A stretch of 64,000 bases of DNA from Planctomycetota bacterium (lineage in GTDB: Bacteria > Planctomycetota > UBA1135 > UBA2386), in NCBI GenBank assembly GCA_016235155.1, contig JACRLW010000103.1:8066-72065 (forward strand). The letters are read 5' to 3'. Shown in pieces: positions 52,936 to 63,750 of the stretch (its first letter is position 1; every line of letters begins with the position of its first letter). The position numbers were made by a program, and so were the translations under genes. A model generated the notes under the pieces. It searched no databases. It saw only the letters and a list, made by a program, of their open reading frames with translations, and was not told where the DNA came from.

Positions 52936-55900
52936 TCAGTTCCCGAGCACCATCGTGCCGGCGTTCGCCGTCAGCACGCCGAGCGTGTTCGCGCCCGGTG
53001 CGACGACGCCGCCTTGGGTCTCGAGCACGGCGCCGAGCAAGGACGCCGAGTTCGGGATCGTGAACGGCGCCGTAGCACCGCTCCCGCTGACGAGCATCGG
53101 GATCGAGTCGATCGGCGCGACGAGGAGGAAGCAGCCCTGCATGCCGATGACGCTGAGGTCCACCGACTGCGCGACCAGCCCGAACAGCGTGAAGCCGGCG
53201 AGCGAGCCCGCGGGCAGGTTGCTCAGTTCGAGGTTGATCGTCGTGCCGAGCCGCGGCAGCGAGCTCACGCCATACGCGATGGGCGTTCCCGAACCGGGGT
53301 TCGAGATGTCGCTCGGGCCCGGATCGGCCACGCCGCCGCCGACCGAGTGACCGACGATGCAATCGACGATCGAAGCCGCGCCATAGGCGAGGACGAACTC
53401 GCCGTTCGGGTAGAGCTGGATCTGCCCCGTGTTGGACCCGGTCGCGGGGTACTCGGGCACGCCCGCCCAGGTGATCACCGCCATGCCCGGCACCGCGTCG
53501 AAGTAGACGCCGCCGCCGTTGCCCGGGTGCAGGTCGTCCCAGAACGCCGCAATGCGCCGCGGGTTGGCGAGGAACTCCGCCACCGACTCGGTGTAGTCGG
53601 TGCCCGCGTGCGTGTTGGCGACCAGACCGATCCAACCGTTCGAGTCGACGTCGATCGCGGTGGTCGTGCCGCCGCCCGGGAGCGGGAACGCGAAGCCGAG
53701 CGGACGATTGCGCGAGATCACGTCGTCGCCGAGCAGGAGGTTGCCCGAGTAGCCGGCAAAGAAGCTCGCGCCGCTCGTCGACACGTTCCACCCGCCGCTG
53801 CCGTTGGGCGTGAAGCGCCGCGCGCTGTTGGCCAGGTCAAACGCGCCGAAGACCTCGTAGAAGGTCCGCGGCAGGCTCGGCGTGCCCTGCGGAGCGCAAC
53901 CGGCGCCTCGCGGCGTGAAGCGCGCGCGGATGATGCCGCCCGATCCGGTGACGCCGACGCAGCACAGGGCGTACGACGCATCGAACACGGTCGTGCCGAT
54001 GTGCGCGTCCTCCGCGATCAGGGTCGCGATGACCTCGATGGTCCAGGACCCCGCGGCCGGGCTCTGCACGAACACGCATTCGACCGTGTCGACGGTGTTC
54101 GCGACCCCGCCGGCCGTCGACCAGTTGCCGGCCGTGAGGCCATTGTTGCCCCAGTAGATCGTGCCGTTCGGAGCCGTGACCTTGAGCGTGAGGTCGTTCT
54201 TGATGGCCAACGCCGACGCCGGATTGCCGGCCGGGTCGACGTAGGTCATGCAGATCTTCAGCTCGGGCGTGCCGGCCGCGACCGTCTTCTGGTACGTGCG
54301 CGTGATGCCCTGCGTGAGGATGTCGTCCTCGGCGACGATGAACGAGTTGCCCTGGTTGTCGTACATGTCGGTGAGGCTCGGGAAGCCCCAGCCGCAGTGC
54401 TCGCGCCGGTTGTTGGTGCTCGCCGACGTGAACGCGTATTGCCGCGCGTTCACGATCTGCAGCGCCTTCAGAGTCTGCGCCAGCGGCCGGTTCTGGAACC
54501 GCGTGCCGCCCGGGACGGGCAGCGGGTTGCCGAAGATCCCGTCGGTGTACATCTGGATCGCGAGCGCGTTGTGGCCCGCGCAGATCGGCGTCGCGCCTGA
54601 TGTGCCGCCGAAGTTCGTCTGCCAGTTGTTGGCCGAATAGCCGGCCGCGCCGGTCAGATCGGAGCACAGGATCAGGTCGTAGTACGCGCAGAGGTCGGGC
54701 TTGATGCGCCCATCCGCCGCCGGACCCGTCGACCCGCCGCCCGCCGCCCACGAATCGTCGGCCGCGTTCGAGTTGTCGAAGTGCGCGACGCCGCCGATCG
54801 AAATGATGTTCTTCGCCCAGGCCTGCGGCCGCGAATCCTGATTGCCCGCGTTGCTCTGACTCTGCGTCCAGGGGATGCGGTGGTCGAAGATGATGTCGTC
54901 CGCGTCGGCGGAGATGGACGTGTAGAGCCGCGTGCGCGCGTCGCCCCACGACGCGGTGGTGAACATGCACTCGTGCGTGTTGACGACCACGCCGAGCACC
55001 GCGTTGCGTGAGCCCTGGGCGCTCGAGTAGTTGGTGTAGAAGCCGCGCGCGTTCGGCGCCATGCCGCGCCCGAGCGGATTGCTCGTGCCGTTGCCGAAGA
55101 CGATGCCCGCGGTCGAGTGACCGTGTGCATCCGGGGCGCCGCCGCTCAGCACGTTGGTCATCGGCGTCGTGAAGTCCTGGTGCGTCGCCTCGACGCCCTC
55201 GTAGACGTGGCCGCGCACGCCGGTGCCCGTGTAGCCGCCCTGGGTCTCGACGTAGTTCGCGCCGCCCTGGATTCGGGCGTTGTTCATGTCCTCTTCAGGG
55301 GCCGTCCAGCGATCGATCCACAGGACCTCGTCGAACCGCGCCGCCGCGAGCAGCCCCGCGTGATCGAGTTCGACGGTGAACAGGATGCTGCCCTCCTGCG
55401 GATCGACGACGCGTCCGCCGAGTGCCCTGATCTTCGTGCCGAGCGCCGGCTTGTCCGAACGCTTGTCGGTGACCACACAGTGGTACTTGCGCAGCGGCAG
55501 GACGGCGCCTCTCGCGAGCTCCATGCGCAACGCCGGCTCGAGCCGCCACGCCGGCTCGTAATGCCCGACGAAGCGAGTGTCCTTCTGCGCCGCGACCATC
55601 GCCGCCTGGTCCGCCGTCATGCGAACGACATACGCGTTGTGCGGCAGGTAGCCATGCAACCGCGCACCGGTGGAACGGACCGCGTCACGTCCCGCGTCGG
55701 TCGGCGAGCCGTGGAACTGCACAACCCAGAGGCCGACGTCGCCGCGCGCGGCGAGCAGCTCGGGGACCGCCGGTCGTCCGAGCAAGGGATCGAAGGTGCC
55801 GTACTGGAGGACGAGTTGCGTGGCCTCGCCGGCATCGGCGAGCAGCGTCGGCGGATCGCCGGGCTTGGACTGGGGACTCTGCGCGGGAAGCGTCGCGAGG

Positions 55901-55944
55901 AAGCACGCAATCGTCGCGCCGCTGAGGAAGAGCACGGGGTTCAT
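52936..55944 (-). CDS. Secreted S8 subtilisin-like serine protease with conserved C-terminal domain
   Basis: HGHSTAGIV, DGRIKPD, FGGTSGATP; prodomain. Confidence 0.9.
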   Translation of the reverse strand: MNPVLFLSGATIACFLATLPAQSPQSKPGDPPTLLADAGEATQLVLQYGTFDPLLGRPAVPELLAARGDVGLWVVQFHGSPTDAGRDAVRSTGARLHGYLPHNAYVVRMTADQAAMVAAQKDTRFVGHYEPAWRLEPALRMELARGAVLPLRKYHCVVTDKRSDKPALGTKIRALGGRVVDPQEGSILFTVELDHAGLLAAARFDEVLWIDRWTAPEEDMNNARIQGGANYVETQGGYTGTGVRGHVYEGVEATHQDFTTPMTNVLSGGAPDAHGHSTAGIVFGNGTSNPLGRGMAPNARGFYTNYSSAQGSRNAVLGVVVNTHECMFTTASWGDARTRLYTSISADADDIIFDHRIPWTQSQSNAGNQDSRPQAWAKNIISIGGVAHFDNSNAADDSWAAGGGSTGPAADGRIKPDLCAYYDLILCSDLTGAAGYSANNWQTNFGGTSGATPICAGHNALAIQMYTDGIFGNPLPVPGGTRFQNRPLAQTLKALQIVNARQYAFTSASTNNRREHCGWGFPSLTDMYDNQGNSFIVAEDDILTQGITRTYQKTVAAGTPELKICMTYVDPAGNPASALAIKNDLTLKVTAPNGTIYWGNNGLTAGNWSTAGGVANTVDTVECVFVQSPAAGSWTIEVIATLIAEDAHIGTTVFDASYALCCVGVTGSGGIIRARFTPRGAGCAPQGTPSLPRTFYEVFGAFDLANSARRFTPNGSGGWNVSTSGASFFAGYSGNLLLGDDVISRNRPLGFAFPLPGGGTTTAIDVDSNGWIGLVANTHAGTDYTESVAEFLANPRRIAAFWDDLHPGNGGGVYFDAVPGMAVITWAGVPEYPATGSNTGQIQLYPNGEFVLAYGAASIVDCIVGHSVGGGVADPGPSDISNPGSGTPIAYGVSSLPRLGTTINLELSNLPAGSLAGFTLFGLVAQSVDLSVIGMQGCFLLVAPIDSIPMLVSGSGATAPFTIPNSASLLGAVLETQGGVVAPGANTLGVLTANAGTMVLGN

Positions 55945-56159
55945 GATCGTGGGAGCAAGGGGAGGGAACCGCCCCGCCGCGCGAAGGGCAGACGCGCGAG
56001 CGACGTGGGCCGGCGGAGGATAGCCCCGCATCGCCGTCGCCGTCGAACGCCGACGATGCTCGTGTGTCATCCCGGAACTTGCGCCTCGCCGGATCGCGCT
56101 CATCGCATCGCGCTCACGCAGCGAAGTTCGTGAATCCCCACGAGCCGCTCGCGACGAGG

Positions 56160-59100
56160 ATGGTCGCCATGGGCCCGATCGAACGGGACTTCGACGTCTT
56201 CCGCACCCGGCACGACCCCGCCGCGCTCGGCTCCGTCTTCGACGCCGTCGCACCGGAACTGCTGCTGGTCGCCGCGCACTTCGCCGGGCCCGGCGTCGAG
56301 GCCGAGGACCTCGTGCAGGCGACCTTCGTCGACGCGATCGAGAAGGCGGCGCGTTGGGACGCGACCCGACCGCTCGTCCCGTGGCTGATCGGCATCCTCG
56401 TGAACCACGCTCGGGCCGCGCGACGCCGCGCGCGCAAGGCGATCGACGTCGACCGCGCCGCGCACGATGTCGTGGTCGATCCGCTCGAAGAACTCCAGGC
56501 GAGCGAGGTCGCCGGGCGCGTGGGCGAGGCGCTGCGGTCCCTGCCACGGCAGTTCCGTCAGGCGCTCACGCTGCGCCTCGTGCACGGCCTCACCCCCACG
56601 CAGATCGCGCACGCGATCGGCTGCCCCGTCGCGACGGTCAAGACGCGCCTCCAGCGCGGCATGGACCAACTGCGCCGCGCGTTGCCCGCGGGCATCGCCG
56701 GCTCGCTCGCGCTGGTGCTGAGTTCGCAGAAGAGCCTCGCCGCCGTGCGTGTCGCCGTGCTCGCGCACGCCAAGGCTCTCGTTCCCGCCGCCGCTGCCGC
56801 CGCCGCGGGGATCGCGGTTGCCGTCGCCTCCACCGGACTGGTCATGAAGAAACTCGTCGCCGCCGCCGTCGCCGTCGTGATCGGCGTCGCGCTCTGGACC
56901 AGTCTCGATTCCCCTTCCGCTGGCGAACGCCCCGCTCCGGACCACCCCGACGCCGCCGCGCAGCGCGTCGCCGAACTGGCGCGAGACACTTCGTCCAGCG
57001 CGACCCCGAGCAGCGACGCGATTCCCGGTGCGCGCGCGGCGATCGCGACCGAACCGCCCGCGACCACCGGCAGCGCGATCCTGACCTGCGTGTGGAAGCA
57101 CGACGGCACACCGGCACGCGCGCTGCGCTTGTCGATGCCCGGGACTTCCGACGGTCCCGGCGACACGCGTTCGTCCCCGTGGCGGCAGCTTCGCAGCGAC
57201 GACGCTGGGCGCGTCGAGCTGCGCGATCTCGACCCGGGGGAATACATCGTCTCGGGTCGATCGCGCTCGACGTCGCTCCGCATCGTCGCGGGCGAGTGCG
57301 TCGAACAACGCATCGAGTTCGAAGCAGCGCTGCGCATCGACGGGCGCGTCGTCGACGCGAGCGGCGCAGCCGTCGCGGACGCGGAGGTCTGGCTGCAGTA
57401 CTTCCCGGACCCGCAGGACGACCGGCCGCGGAAGGTGGCGAGTTCCCGTGCGGACGGGACCTTCCGCTGCGCATTCGACTTCGGCGGTTCGCTGTGGGCG
57501 CGCAAGGCGGCGCACGCGTCGAGTGCCTGCGTCGACGTCGAGCAGGAGGGCCACGCCGAGGTCGTGCTCGAACTCGGCGCCCTGGTCGCGTCGCTGCGCG
57601 GCTCGGTGCGCAAGGCCGACGGCTCCCCCGCCGCGCGCGCGCATCGACTTCGTGCGCGACGCCCACGAGGACGCGCGGCATGCGCCGCTCGTGTTGTGGT
57701 CCGACGCACTGGGCACCTTCGCCACGGACGAACTCGCGCCCGGCGAGTGGCGCATGGTGGCGCAGGCCGACGACCACGCGCCGACGATGCGTCGCGTCAC
57801 CCTCGATCCCGACGCCGCGATCGAGCTGCGTCTCGAACGCGGTGCCACGCTGTTCGGTGAGGTCCGCGACGGCGCGGGTGCGCCGATCGCTGCGGCGATC
57901 GCGGTCTGTCCGGCGTGGGCGCTCGACCAGCGCGCGCTTCGACATCTCTGCGTGCGACAGGTCGTCGCCGATCCAGAAGGGCGCTATCGCATCCCGCAGG
58001 TGCCCTCCGGCGAACTCCGCTTCCGCGCGAGTGTCGAGCACACCATGGGAGTCGCGACCATGCTGCAAGCGCTCGACGGCCGCGAGCTGCGTCACGACGT
58101 CGTGCTCGACCGCGGCGCTTCGATCGAAGGCCGCGTGATCGGGCCGGACGGCGAGGGAATCGCGGGCTGGCAGGTGATCGCGTCGCCGAACGGCGGCGGC
58201 CACGGTCACGACGCGATCACGGGCGGCGACGGACGCTTCGCGATGCCCGGCGTGGAACCCGGCGAGTACTCCGTCGACGCGCGACCCGAGCAGGGCCTCT
58301 CCCGATGGACGCCCTCGGTGACCGTCACACCGGGCGGCGCACCGTTCGAACTGCGCGCGCTCGCGACCGACCGCGACGGCGCGCGGATCACCGGCACGCT
58401 CGCCGATCGGGAGGGCAGGCCGATCGTGCACGCGTCGGCGCGCTTACGGCTGGATCGCGATCCGAGCGGCGAGACCTCGATGACGGAGATCGACGATGCG
58501 CAGGGTCGTTTCGAGATCGGTCCGCTGCCGCCCGGTCGCTACGCGTTGGCGGTGCAACTCGGCGAGCACGGGTGGCTCGACACCGGCGTGCACGACGCCG
58601 CGCCGGGTTCGACGGTCGACCTCGGCCGCATCGTGCCGCCGGCACCGGGACGCCTCGCGATCCGGCTGCGCACACCAAAGGGCGAATCGGTCGAGCCGCT
58701 CGACGTCGCCGTGCACGACGCGGCGGGCAACGGTCCGTCGTCGTTCACGCGCGAAGCCGACGGCATCTGGCGGAGCCCGCCGCTACCGCCGGGCCGCTAC
58801 CAGCTCCGCGCCTGGGGCGAGCGCTTCGCGCCGTTGCGCACCGAAGTCGTCGTCGTCGCCGAGCGCGAGTCGCTCGCGGATCTCGCGATCGCAGCTGCGA
58901 CCGCGGTCACGTTTGCGCTGCGAAAGCCGCCGGGCATCGAGGGGCGCTGGACCGCGACCGCGTACTTCGCGCTGCGCGAAGTCCAAGGTGCGTACCTCGA
59001 CGGCCGCATGCTGACGATCGACACGACCGAAGAGTTCGTCCTCACGCGCGGTCTCGCGCCGGGGCGGTACGGGTTCGAGCTGCGCGCAACCGACGGCCCG

Positions 59101-59178
59101 CAGCACCGCGGCGAATTCGAGGTCGCCGTTGGAACGGCCGCGCAGCGGGTCGAGATCGCGGTCCGCTCAGCGCGCTGA
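56160..59178 (+). pseudogene. ECF sigma factor-TM-carboxypeptidase-regulatory-like repeat fusion, frameshifted near 57640
   Basis: EAEDLVQATF, PWLIGIL, TVKTRLQRG; TM helix; repeated GRVVD..G.P / LxPGxY units that continue in a second frame after a CG dinucleotide run. Confidence 0.8.
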
Positions 59179-60297
59179 GCCGTGCACGAGCGCCTGCCAC
59201 CGTTCGCCGATCACCTCCAGCACGCGCTGGTTCGTCGCCTTGTCCTTCACCGCGACGCGGAAGCCCTGGGCGCCGAGCGTCGTCCCCATCCCGGCGACGT
59301 CGCGCAGGAAGACGTCGCACGCCGCGCAGGCGTCGATCAGCGTGGCGATCCGCGGCCCGTCGGCGGGCGCGAACACGAGGAGGAAGTTCGTGCGCGACGG
59401 CACGACCTCGACGCCGGGGATCGCACCCGCGAGTCCGCGCGCGAGTTCGTCGCGCAGGGTCGCCGTCTCGCGCCACCGCGCGAGGTAGTAGTCGCGGTCC
59501 GCGAGTGCCCTCACCGCGGCGACCTGCGCCGGGAGACTCACGACCCAGGGCGGCGTGATGCGGCGCATCGCCTCGATCTCCGCCGGCGCACCGACCAGGT
59601 AACCGACCCGCAGACCGCTCAACGCGTACGCCTTCGACATGCTCTTGCCGACGAACACGTTCGGCGTCGTGACCGCGAAGCGCTCCAGCGACGCGGTCGG
59701 GTCGGCGTAGTCGACGTAGGTCTCGTCGATCCAGACCCGTGTCGCAGGCGACGCCCCGCGAAGCACCGCCTCGAGCGCGGCGCGCGGCACGTGACGCCCG
59801 GTCGGACTGTTCGGGTTGACGAGCACGACGAGCTCCGGCCCGGCCCGCAGTCGTTCCGCGAGTTCGTCGAGGTCGAGCACGAAGCCGCCGGCGCGGCGCA
59901 GCGCGATGCGCTCCACAGCGCAGCCGATCACCTCGCCGAGCAGGTGCGCGTACTCGCCGTAGCTCGGATCGAGAACCACCGCGCGCGAGTTCGGTCTCAC
60001 CCACTCCCGCAGCACGCGGAACACCAGATCGCTGGATCCCGAACCGAGCAGCACGCTCGCCGCCGGCACGCCGCGCGCCGCCGCGATCGCCTCGACGAGC
60101 CCCGCGCCCTGGGTCGGTGGACTCGTGCGCGCGAGCCACGCGAGGTGTTCGCGCAGCGCGGCGATCACCCCCGGCGCGGGATCGAACCACGCGTCGAGGA
60201 CGTCGGCGCCGATCACCTGCTCCTTGCGTTCGAGATGATCGAAGCGCTCACCGATCGCTCCGAAGAACGCGCCGCCGTGCTCGCAGACTTCGCGCAT
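59167..60297 (-). CDS. PLP-dependent aminotransferase class I/II (HisC/CobD-like)
   Basis: GSGSSDL, LVNPNSPTG, IDETY, KSMSKAYALSGLRVGY. Confidence 0.9.
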   Translation of the reverse strand: MREVCEHGGAFFGAIGERFDHLERKEQVIGADVLDAWFDPAPGVIAALREHLAWLARTSPPTQGAGLVEAIAAARGVPAASVLLGSGSSDLVFRVLREWVRPNSRAVVLDPSYGEYAHLLGEVIGCAVERIALRRAGGFVLDLDELAERLRAGPELVVLVNPNSPTGRHVPRAALEAVLRGASPATRVWIDETYVDYADPTASLERFAVTTPNVFVGKSMSKAYALSGLRVGYLVGAPAEIEAMRRITPPWVVSLPAQVAAVRALADRDYYLARWRETATLRDELARGLAGAIPGVEVVPSRTNFLLVFAPADGPRIATLIDACAACDVFLRDVAGMGTTLGAQGFRVAVKDKATNQRVLEVIGERWQALVHGSAR

Positions 60298-60336
60298 GTC
60301 GCGAGTATCGCCGGCCGCGACGCACGCGCGAGTTCG

Positions 60337-61230
60337 TCAGCCGAAGCGACGGCCGAGGCTCGGTTCGAGCGAAGCCCGCGCGGTGCGCAGGCAGTCGCGA
60401 ACCTCGCCCTGCTCGGGGCGATCGTGCACGAGGATCAGGTCCTCGAGGATGCGATCGAGCACGTCCGCGTCGTCAACGTCCTCGAGCGAGCGCTTCGCCG
60501 CGCCGCAGCCGAAACGCTCGAGGCGGCCGACGTAGCGCAGGCAATCGTGTCGCGTGACCGTCCGGCCCTCGTGATAGGGATCGACGAGGATCCGCCGGCG
60601 GCCATGCACGCGGACGAGGAGGAAGTCGGGGAGCAGGACGCTGCTCAGGTCGAGTCCCGCGCGCCGGCCGACGAGCAGGTAGAGGGCGCCGAGCACCGAC
60701 GACGGCCCGCGGCCCGTGTCGAGCACGCGGTCGGGGAGCCACGCGAGTCGATCGGCGGGCATGCGGCGCGAGCCGCGGAGCCCGTGGCGCTTCGCGAGCA
60801 ATTCGGCGAGATGTCGCGCCGCGGTCAGGCTGCTGCGGCCACGGACGAGCGGTCGGAGTTCGGCGGCCAGCGCTTCGAGGGCGGCATCGAACGCGCCGAG
60901 GTCCCCGGCTTCGTGGCGGACGAACGCGACCAGGCTGCGCATCCCGGCTTCGAGCACGGCGTGCGGCCCGCCGACCTCGCGCGCCTGGGCGACGTCTTGG
61001 GCGAACGCACGCGTCCAGGTCGCGAGCTCGAGCGAGCGCAGCACGGCGCGCGCGCGCACTCGGACGCGCGGGTCGTCGTCGCTCTCGGCGGCCTGGAGCC
61101 CCGCGTGGGCCGCGCTCCCCCACTCGAGGAGCCGGCGGCGGCAGAGGCGCAGGACCTTCGCGTCGTCGTCCGCGAGCAGGCGGACGACCGCGTGGATCGC
61201 CGACGTCTCGCGCAGCGTTTCGTGGAGCAT
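60337..61230 (-). CDS. SirB1/transglutaminase-like protein
   Basis: DRVLDTGRG...LYLLVGRRAGL...LPDFLL...VDPYHEG. Confidence 0.8.
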   Translation of the reverse strand: MLHETLRETSAIHAVVRLLADDDAKVLRLCRRRLLEWGSAAHAGLQAAESDDDPRVRVRARAVLRSLELATWTRAFAQDVAQAREVGGPHAVLEAGMRSLVAFVRHEAGDLGAFDAALEALAAELRPLVRGRSSLTAARHLAELLAKRHGLRGSRRMPADRLAWLPDRVLDTGRGPSSVLGALYLLVGRRAGLDLSSVLLPDFLLVRVHGRRRILVDPYHEGRTVTRHDCLRYVGRLERFGCGAAKRSLEDVDDADVLDRILEDLILVHDRPEQGEVRDCLRTARASLEPSLGRRFG

Positions 61231-61463
61231 GGTGGGGCCGACCTCTTCCGACGTGCACCAAGGCCCGTCGAGGCGGCGCGAGTCTAGCGACGGCTCCCAC
61301 GCGCGCGATCGTGCTGCGCACGCGTTTCCCGAACTGCGACGCGCGCATGCGCGACGCTGCCCTCCGTGCCTGCGGTGTCATCGCGCGCAGCGCACGTGCG
61401 ATGCGACGCGCCGCGACAGGAAAAAAACATCGGCGTCGCGGGGATCGGCGACGAGCGGCCGCC

Positions 61464-61562
61464 AAACGCGAACGGGCAGGTCGCGATCGAGCGGCAGCGA
61501 AACGCGAACGGGCAGGTCGCGATCTAGCGGCAACGAAACGCAAACGGGCCGGTCGCGATCGA
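61464..61562. repeat. 36-bp tandem repeat, about 2.7 copies
   Basis: AAACGCGAACGGGCAGGTCGCGATCGAGCGGCAGCG units at 61464, 61500 and 61536. Confidence 0.85.
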
Positions 61563-61572
61563 CCGGCCCGTT
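61543..61572 (-). terminator. Intrinsic terminator-like hairpin after tRNA-Leu
   Basis: Perfect 13-bp stem AACGGGCCGGTCG/CGACCGGCCCGTT, followed by TGCGTTT on the minus strand. Confidence 0.7.
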
Positions 61573-61593
61573 CGGTAGCGCGTCACGCGCGAG

Positions 61594-61677
61594 TGCCCAG
61601 GACAGGACTTGAACCTGCACGACCTTGCGGTCACCAGCCCCTCAAGCTGGCGCGTCTGCCAATTCCGCCACCTGGGC
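61594..61677 (-). tRNA. tRNA-Leu(GAG), CCA not encoded
   Basis: GCCCAGGTGGCGGAATTGGCAGACGCG-CCAGC-TTGAGGG-GCTGG, long variable arm, GGTTCAAGTCC...CCTGGGCA. Confidence 0.96.
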
Positions 61678-61731
61678 GCATCGGAGGGGCGCGAGAAGCT
61701 AGCGCCGCGAAGGAGCGAGTCAAGGGTCGCG

Positions 61732-63750
61732 TCAGCGCCCGGCGAGGATGCGCGCCTTGATCGCCAGCCACTGCGGGTCGAGCGTCGTCTCGACGAAGGT
61801 GGTCCCCATCGTGCGGAACAACGCGCGCATCTCGACGAAGCCCGCGCGCCCCGACGCCGTGAACTTGTCGCGTTCGGTCTGCCAACGCTGCCGCATGCGC
61901 TTTTGGACTTCGGCCTCGAAACGGTCGCGCTCGGTCCGGTTCAACGCCGAGCGACTGCGATAGGCCGGGAACAGGTCGCGCAGCACCTCGGTGTCGATCG
62001 TCGAGCGCACGAGCATCTCCCACTCGGCGTCGGGTTCGTCGCTGCGCGTGTCGGCGAAGGCGATGTAGTCATCGGCGACCTCGGCGAGCCGCTCGCCCTG
62101 GAGAAACACGAAGCCGTTGGTGCGCGGTGCGAGTTCCTTCTCGAAGGTCTGGTAGTCGCCGAGTCCGAGCACGTTGCGACCCTGAAGACGCGCGAGGACC
62201 ATCTCGCGGATCAGCGGTCCGGAGTTGCTGATCACGAAGAAGTTGCCGTAGAGCATCAACGCGATCTCGCCGGTGCCCGGGATGTTCGGATTGGCGAGTT
62301 CGCGCGCCGCGTCGCCGCCGGTGCCACCGCGGACCGGAAGGTTGAACGCCTTGGTGAAGCCGAGCGTCGAGTAGTAGGTCGTGAGGAACGCGTAGAGCTC
62401 GTCGAGCTTGTTCCGGAAGCGCGGGTCGATCCAGAACACCCACGCGAAGTGCGGCGCGGGCGACGGCTCGAAGGTCTCGATGCGTTCGGCTTCCTTGGTC
62501 TGCGGGTTGTTGATCGCGGTGGCGCGGTGGAACACGAAGCCGGTGCGGGGCAGCAGCGCGGGGCGGATCGACTCGATCAGGTGGCCGACGCTGTCGCCGC
62601 GGCGAAGCTGTTCGTCGACGGCGAGCACCATCTCCTGGAGGAAGTCGCCCGCCGGCACGCGCAGCGCCGCGGCGGCGCAGGCGGACTCGGGGACCATCGT
62701 CAGGAAGGAGTCGAGCCACTCCTTGCGGTCCTGCGCCTCCGCCTTGAAGAACTGCGTCTGGAAGCCGGTGTGCAGGTTGCGGTTCAGGTCGATGCGCCCG
62801 AGGAACGTGATCGAACCCGGTTCGAAGATCAGCGAGCCGGTGAGGAAGCGCCAACTCTTGAGGTTCAGGAACGACGCGAGCACGCGCGTGTTCATGTCCG
62901 TCGGGTGACGCGGGTCGGGCCACCCGTCGTCCCACGAGGTGAACTGGAACAGGCGATCGGGCCGCAGATAGGCCTCGAGCGCGTTCGCGGGCACGCCGGC
63001 CATCTGCTCCCACTCGCGCAGGCGCGCCTCCACGCCGTCGCGGTAGTCCGATGAACCGCCGAACGAGTCCGCGCCGACGGCGCCGCGCGCGAGCTCGAGC
63101 GAGCGCTGAACGAAGGCCTCGTCGTTCGACACGATCACGCAGTCGAGCCAGCGCGCGAGCACGATCGGCTGCCCGTAGCCCTGCGTGATCCGCATCGTGC
63201 CGTCGGTCAACTGCTCGATGCGCAAGCCGTCGGCCGACAGGCCCTCGCGCACGCTGCTCCACTCGAGCAGTCCCCACGCGAAGCGGACCTTCCAGGACAC
63301 GCGCAGGTACGCGCAGAAGCCGGTCGACTGCGACGGGCCGCCGTCGAGACGCCCCGCGAGGATGACTTCGCTGCCGAGCACGTCGTCGAGCAGGTCGGCA
63401 AAGCCACCGGTCGCGTCCTGGATCTGCTTCGCGACGCCCTGGATCGCGGCGACCGCCTGTTCGATCTGCAAGTCGCGCTCGAGGCTGCTGCTCGTCGGTC
63501 CGGCGCGCAGTTCACCGAACGCGGGCGACGACGCGAGCTTCTGCCAGAACTTCGGCTCGGGGAACTGCGTGAAGTCGTCGCGCAGTTCGGTCTTGCGCAC
63601 GAAGTAGTCCGTGTCGCGCGGCACGAGCTCGCGCATGTCCGGCAACGAACCCTCGAAGGGGTTGAAGACGAACGCGAGGACGAACAGCAACGCCAGCACC
63701 ACGAACAGCGCGGAGCCGATGCCGAGGAACTTCCAGAACTTGCGGCGCAT
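61732..63750 (-). CDS. Hypothetical N-terminally anchored membrane protein, 672 aa
   Basis: Long ORF with natural amino-acid composition; basic N-terminus followed by a TM helix. Confidence 0.85.
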   Translation of the reverse strand: MRRKFWKFLGIGSALFVVLALLFVLAFVFNPFEGSLPDMRELVPRDTDYFVRKTELRDDFTQFPEPKFWQKLASSPAFGELRAGPTSSSLERDLQIEQAVAAIQGVAKQIQDATGGFADLLDDVLGSEVILAGRLDGGPSQSTGFCAYLRVSWKVRFAWGLLEWSSVREGLSADGLRIEQLTDGTMRITQGYGQPIVLARWLDCVIVSNDEAFVQRSLELARGAVGADSFGGSSDYRDGVEARLREWEQMAGVPANALEAYLRPDRLFQFTSWDDGWPDPRHPTDMNTRVLASFLNLKSWRFLTGSLIFEPGSITFLGRIDLNRNLHTGFQTQFFKAEAQDRKEWLDSFLTMVPESACAAAALRVPAGDFLQEMVLAVDEQLRRGDSVGHLIESIRPALLPRTGFVFHRATAINNPQTKEAERIETFEPSPAPHFAWVFWIDPRFRNKLDELYAFLTTYYSTLGFTKAFNLPVRGGTGGDAARELANPNIPGTGEIALMLYGNFFVISNSGPLIREMVLARLQGRNVLGLGDYQTFEKELAPRTNGFVFLQGERLAEVADDYIAFADTRSDEPDAEWEMLVRSTIDTEVLRDLFPAYRSRSALNRTERDRFEAEVQKRMRQRWQTERDKFTASGRAGFVEMRALFRTMGTTFVETTLDPQWLAIKARILAGR

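Noticed and set aside
61464..61562. 36-bp repeats as a CRISPR array
   Set aside because: Units are contiguous with no spacers, and no cas genes are present.
36200..61677. tRNA-anchored prophage or integrative element
   Set aside because: No integrase, phage genes or duplicated tRNA 3' ends; the intervening genes are largely housekeeping.
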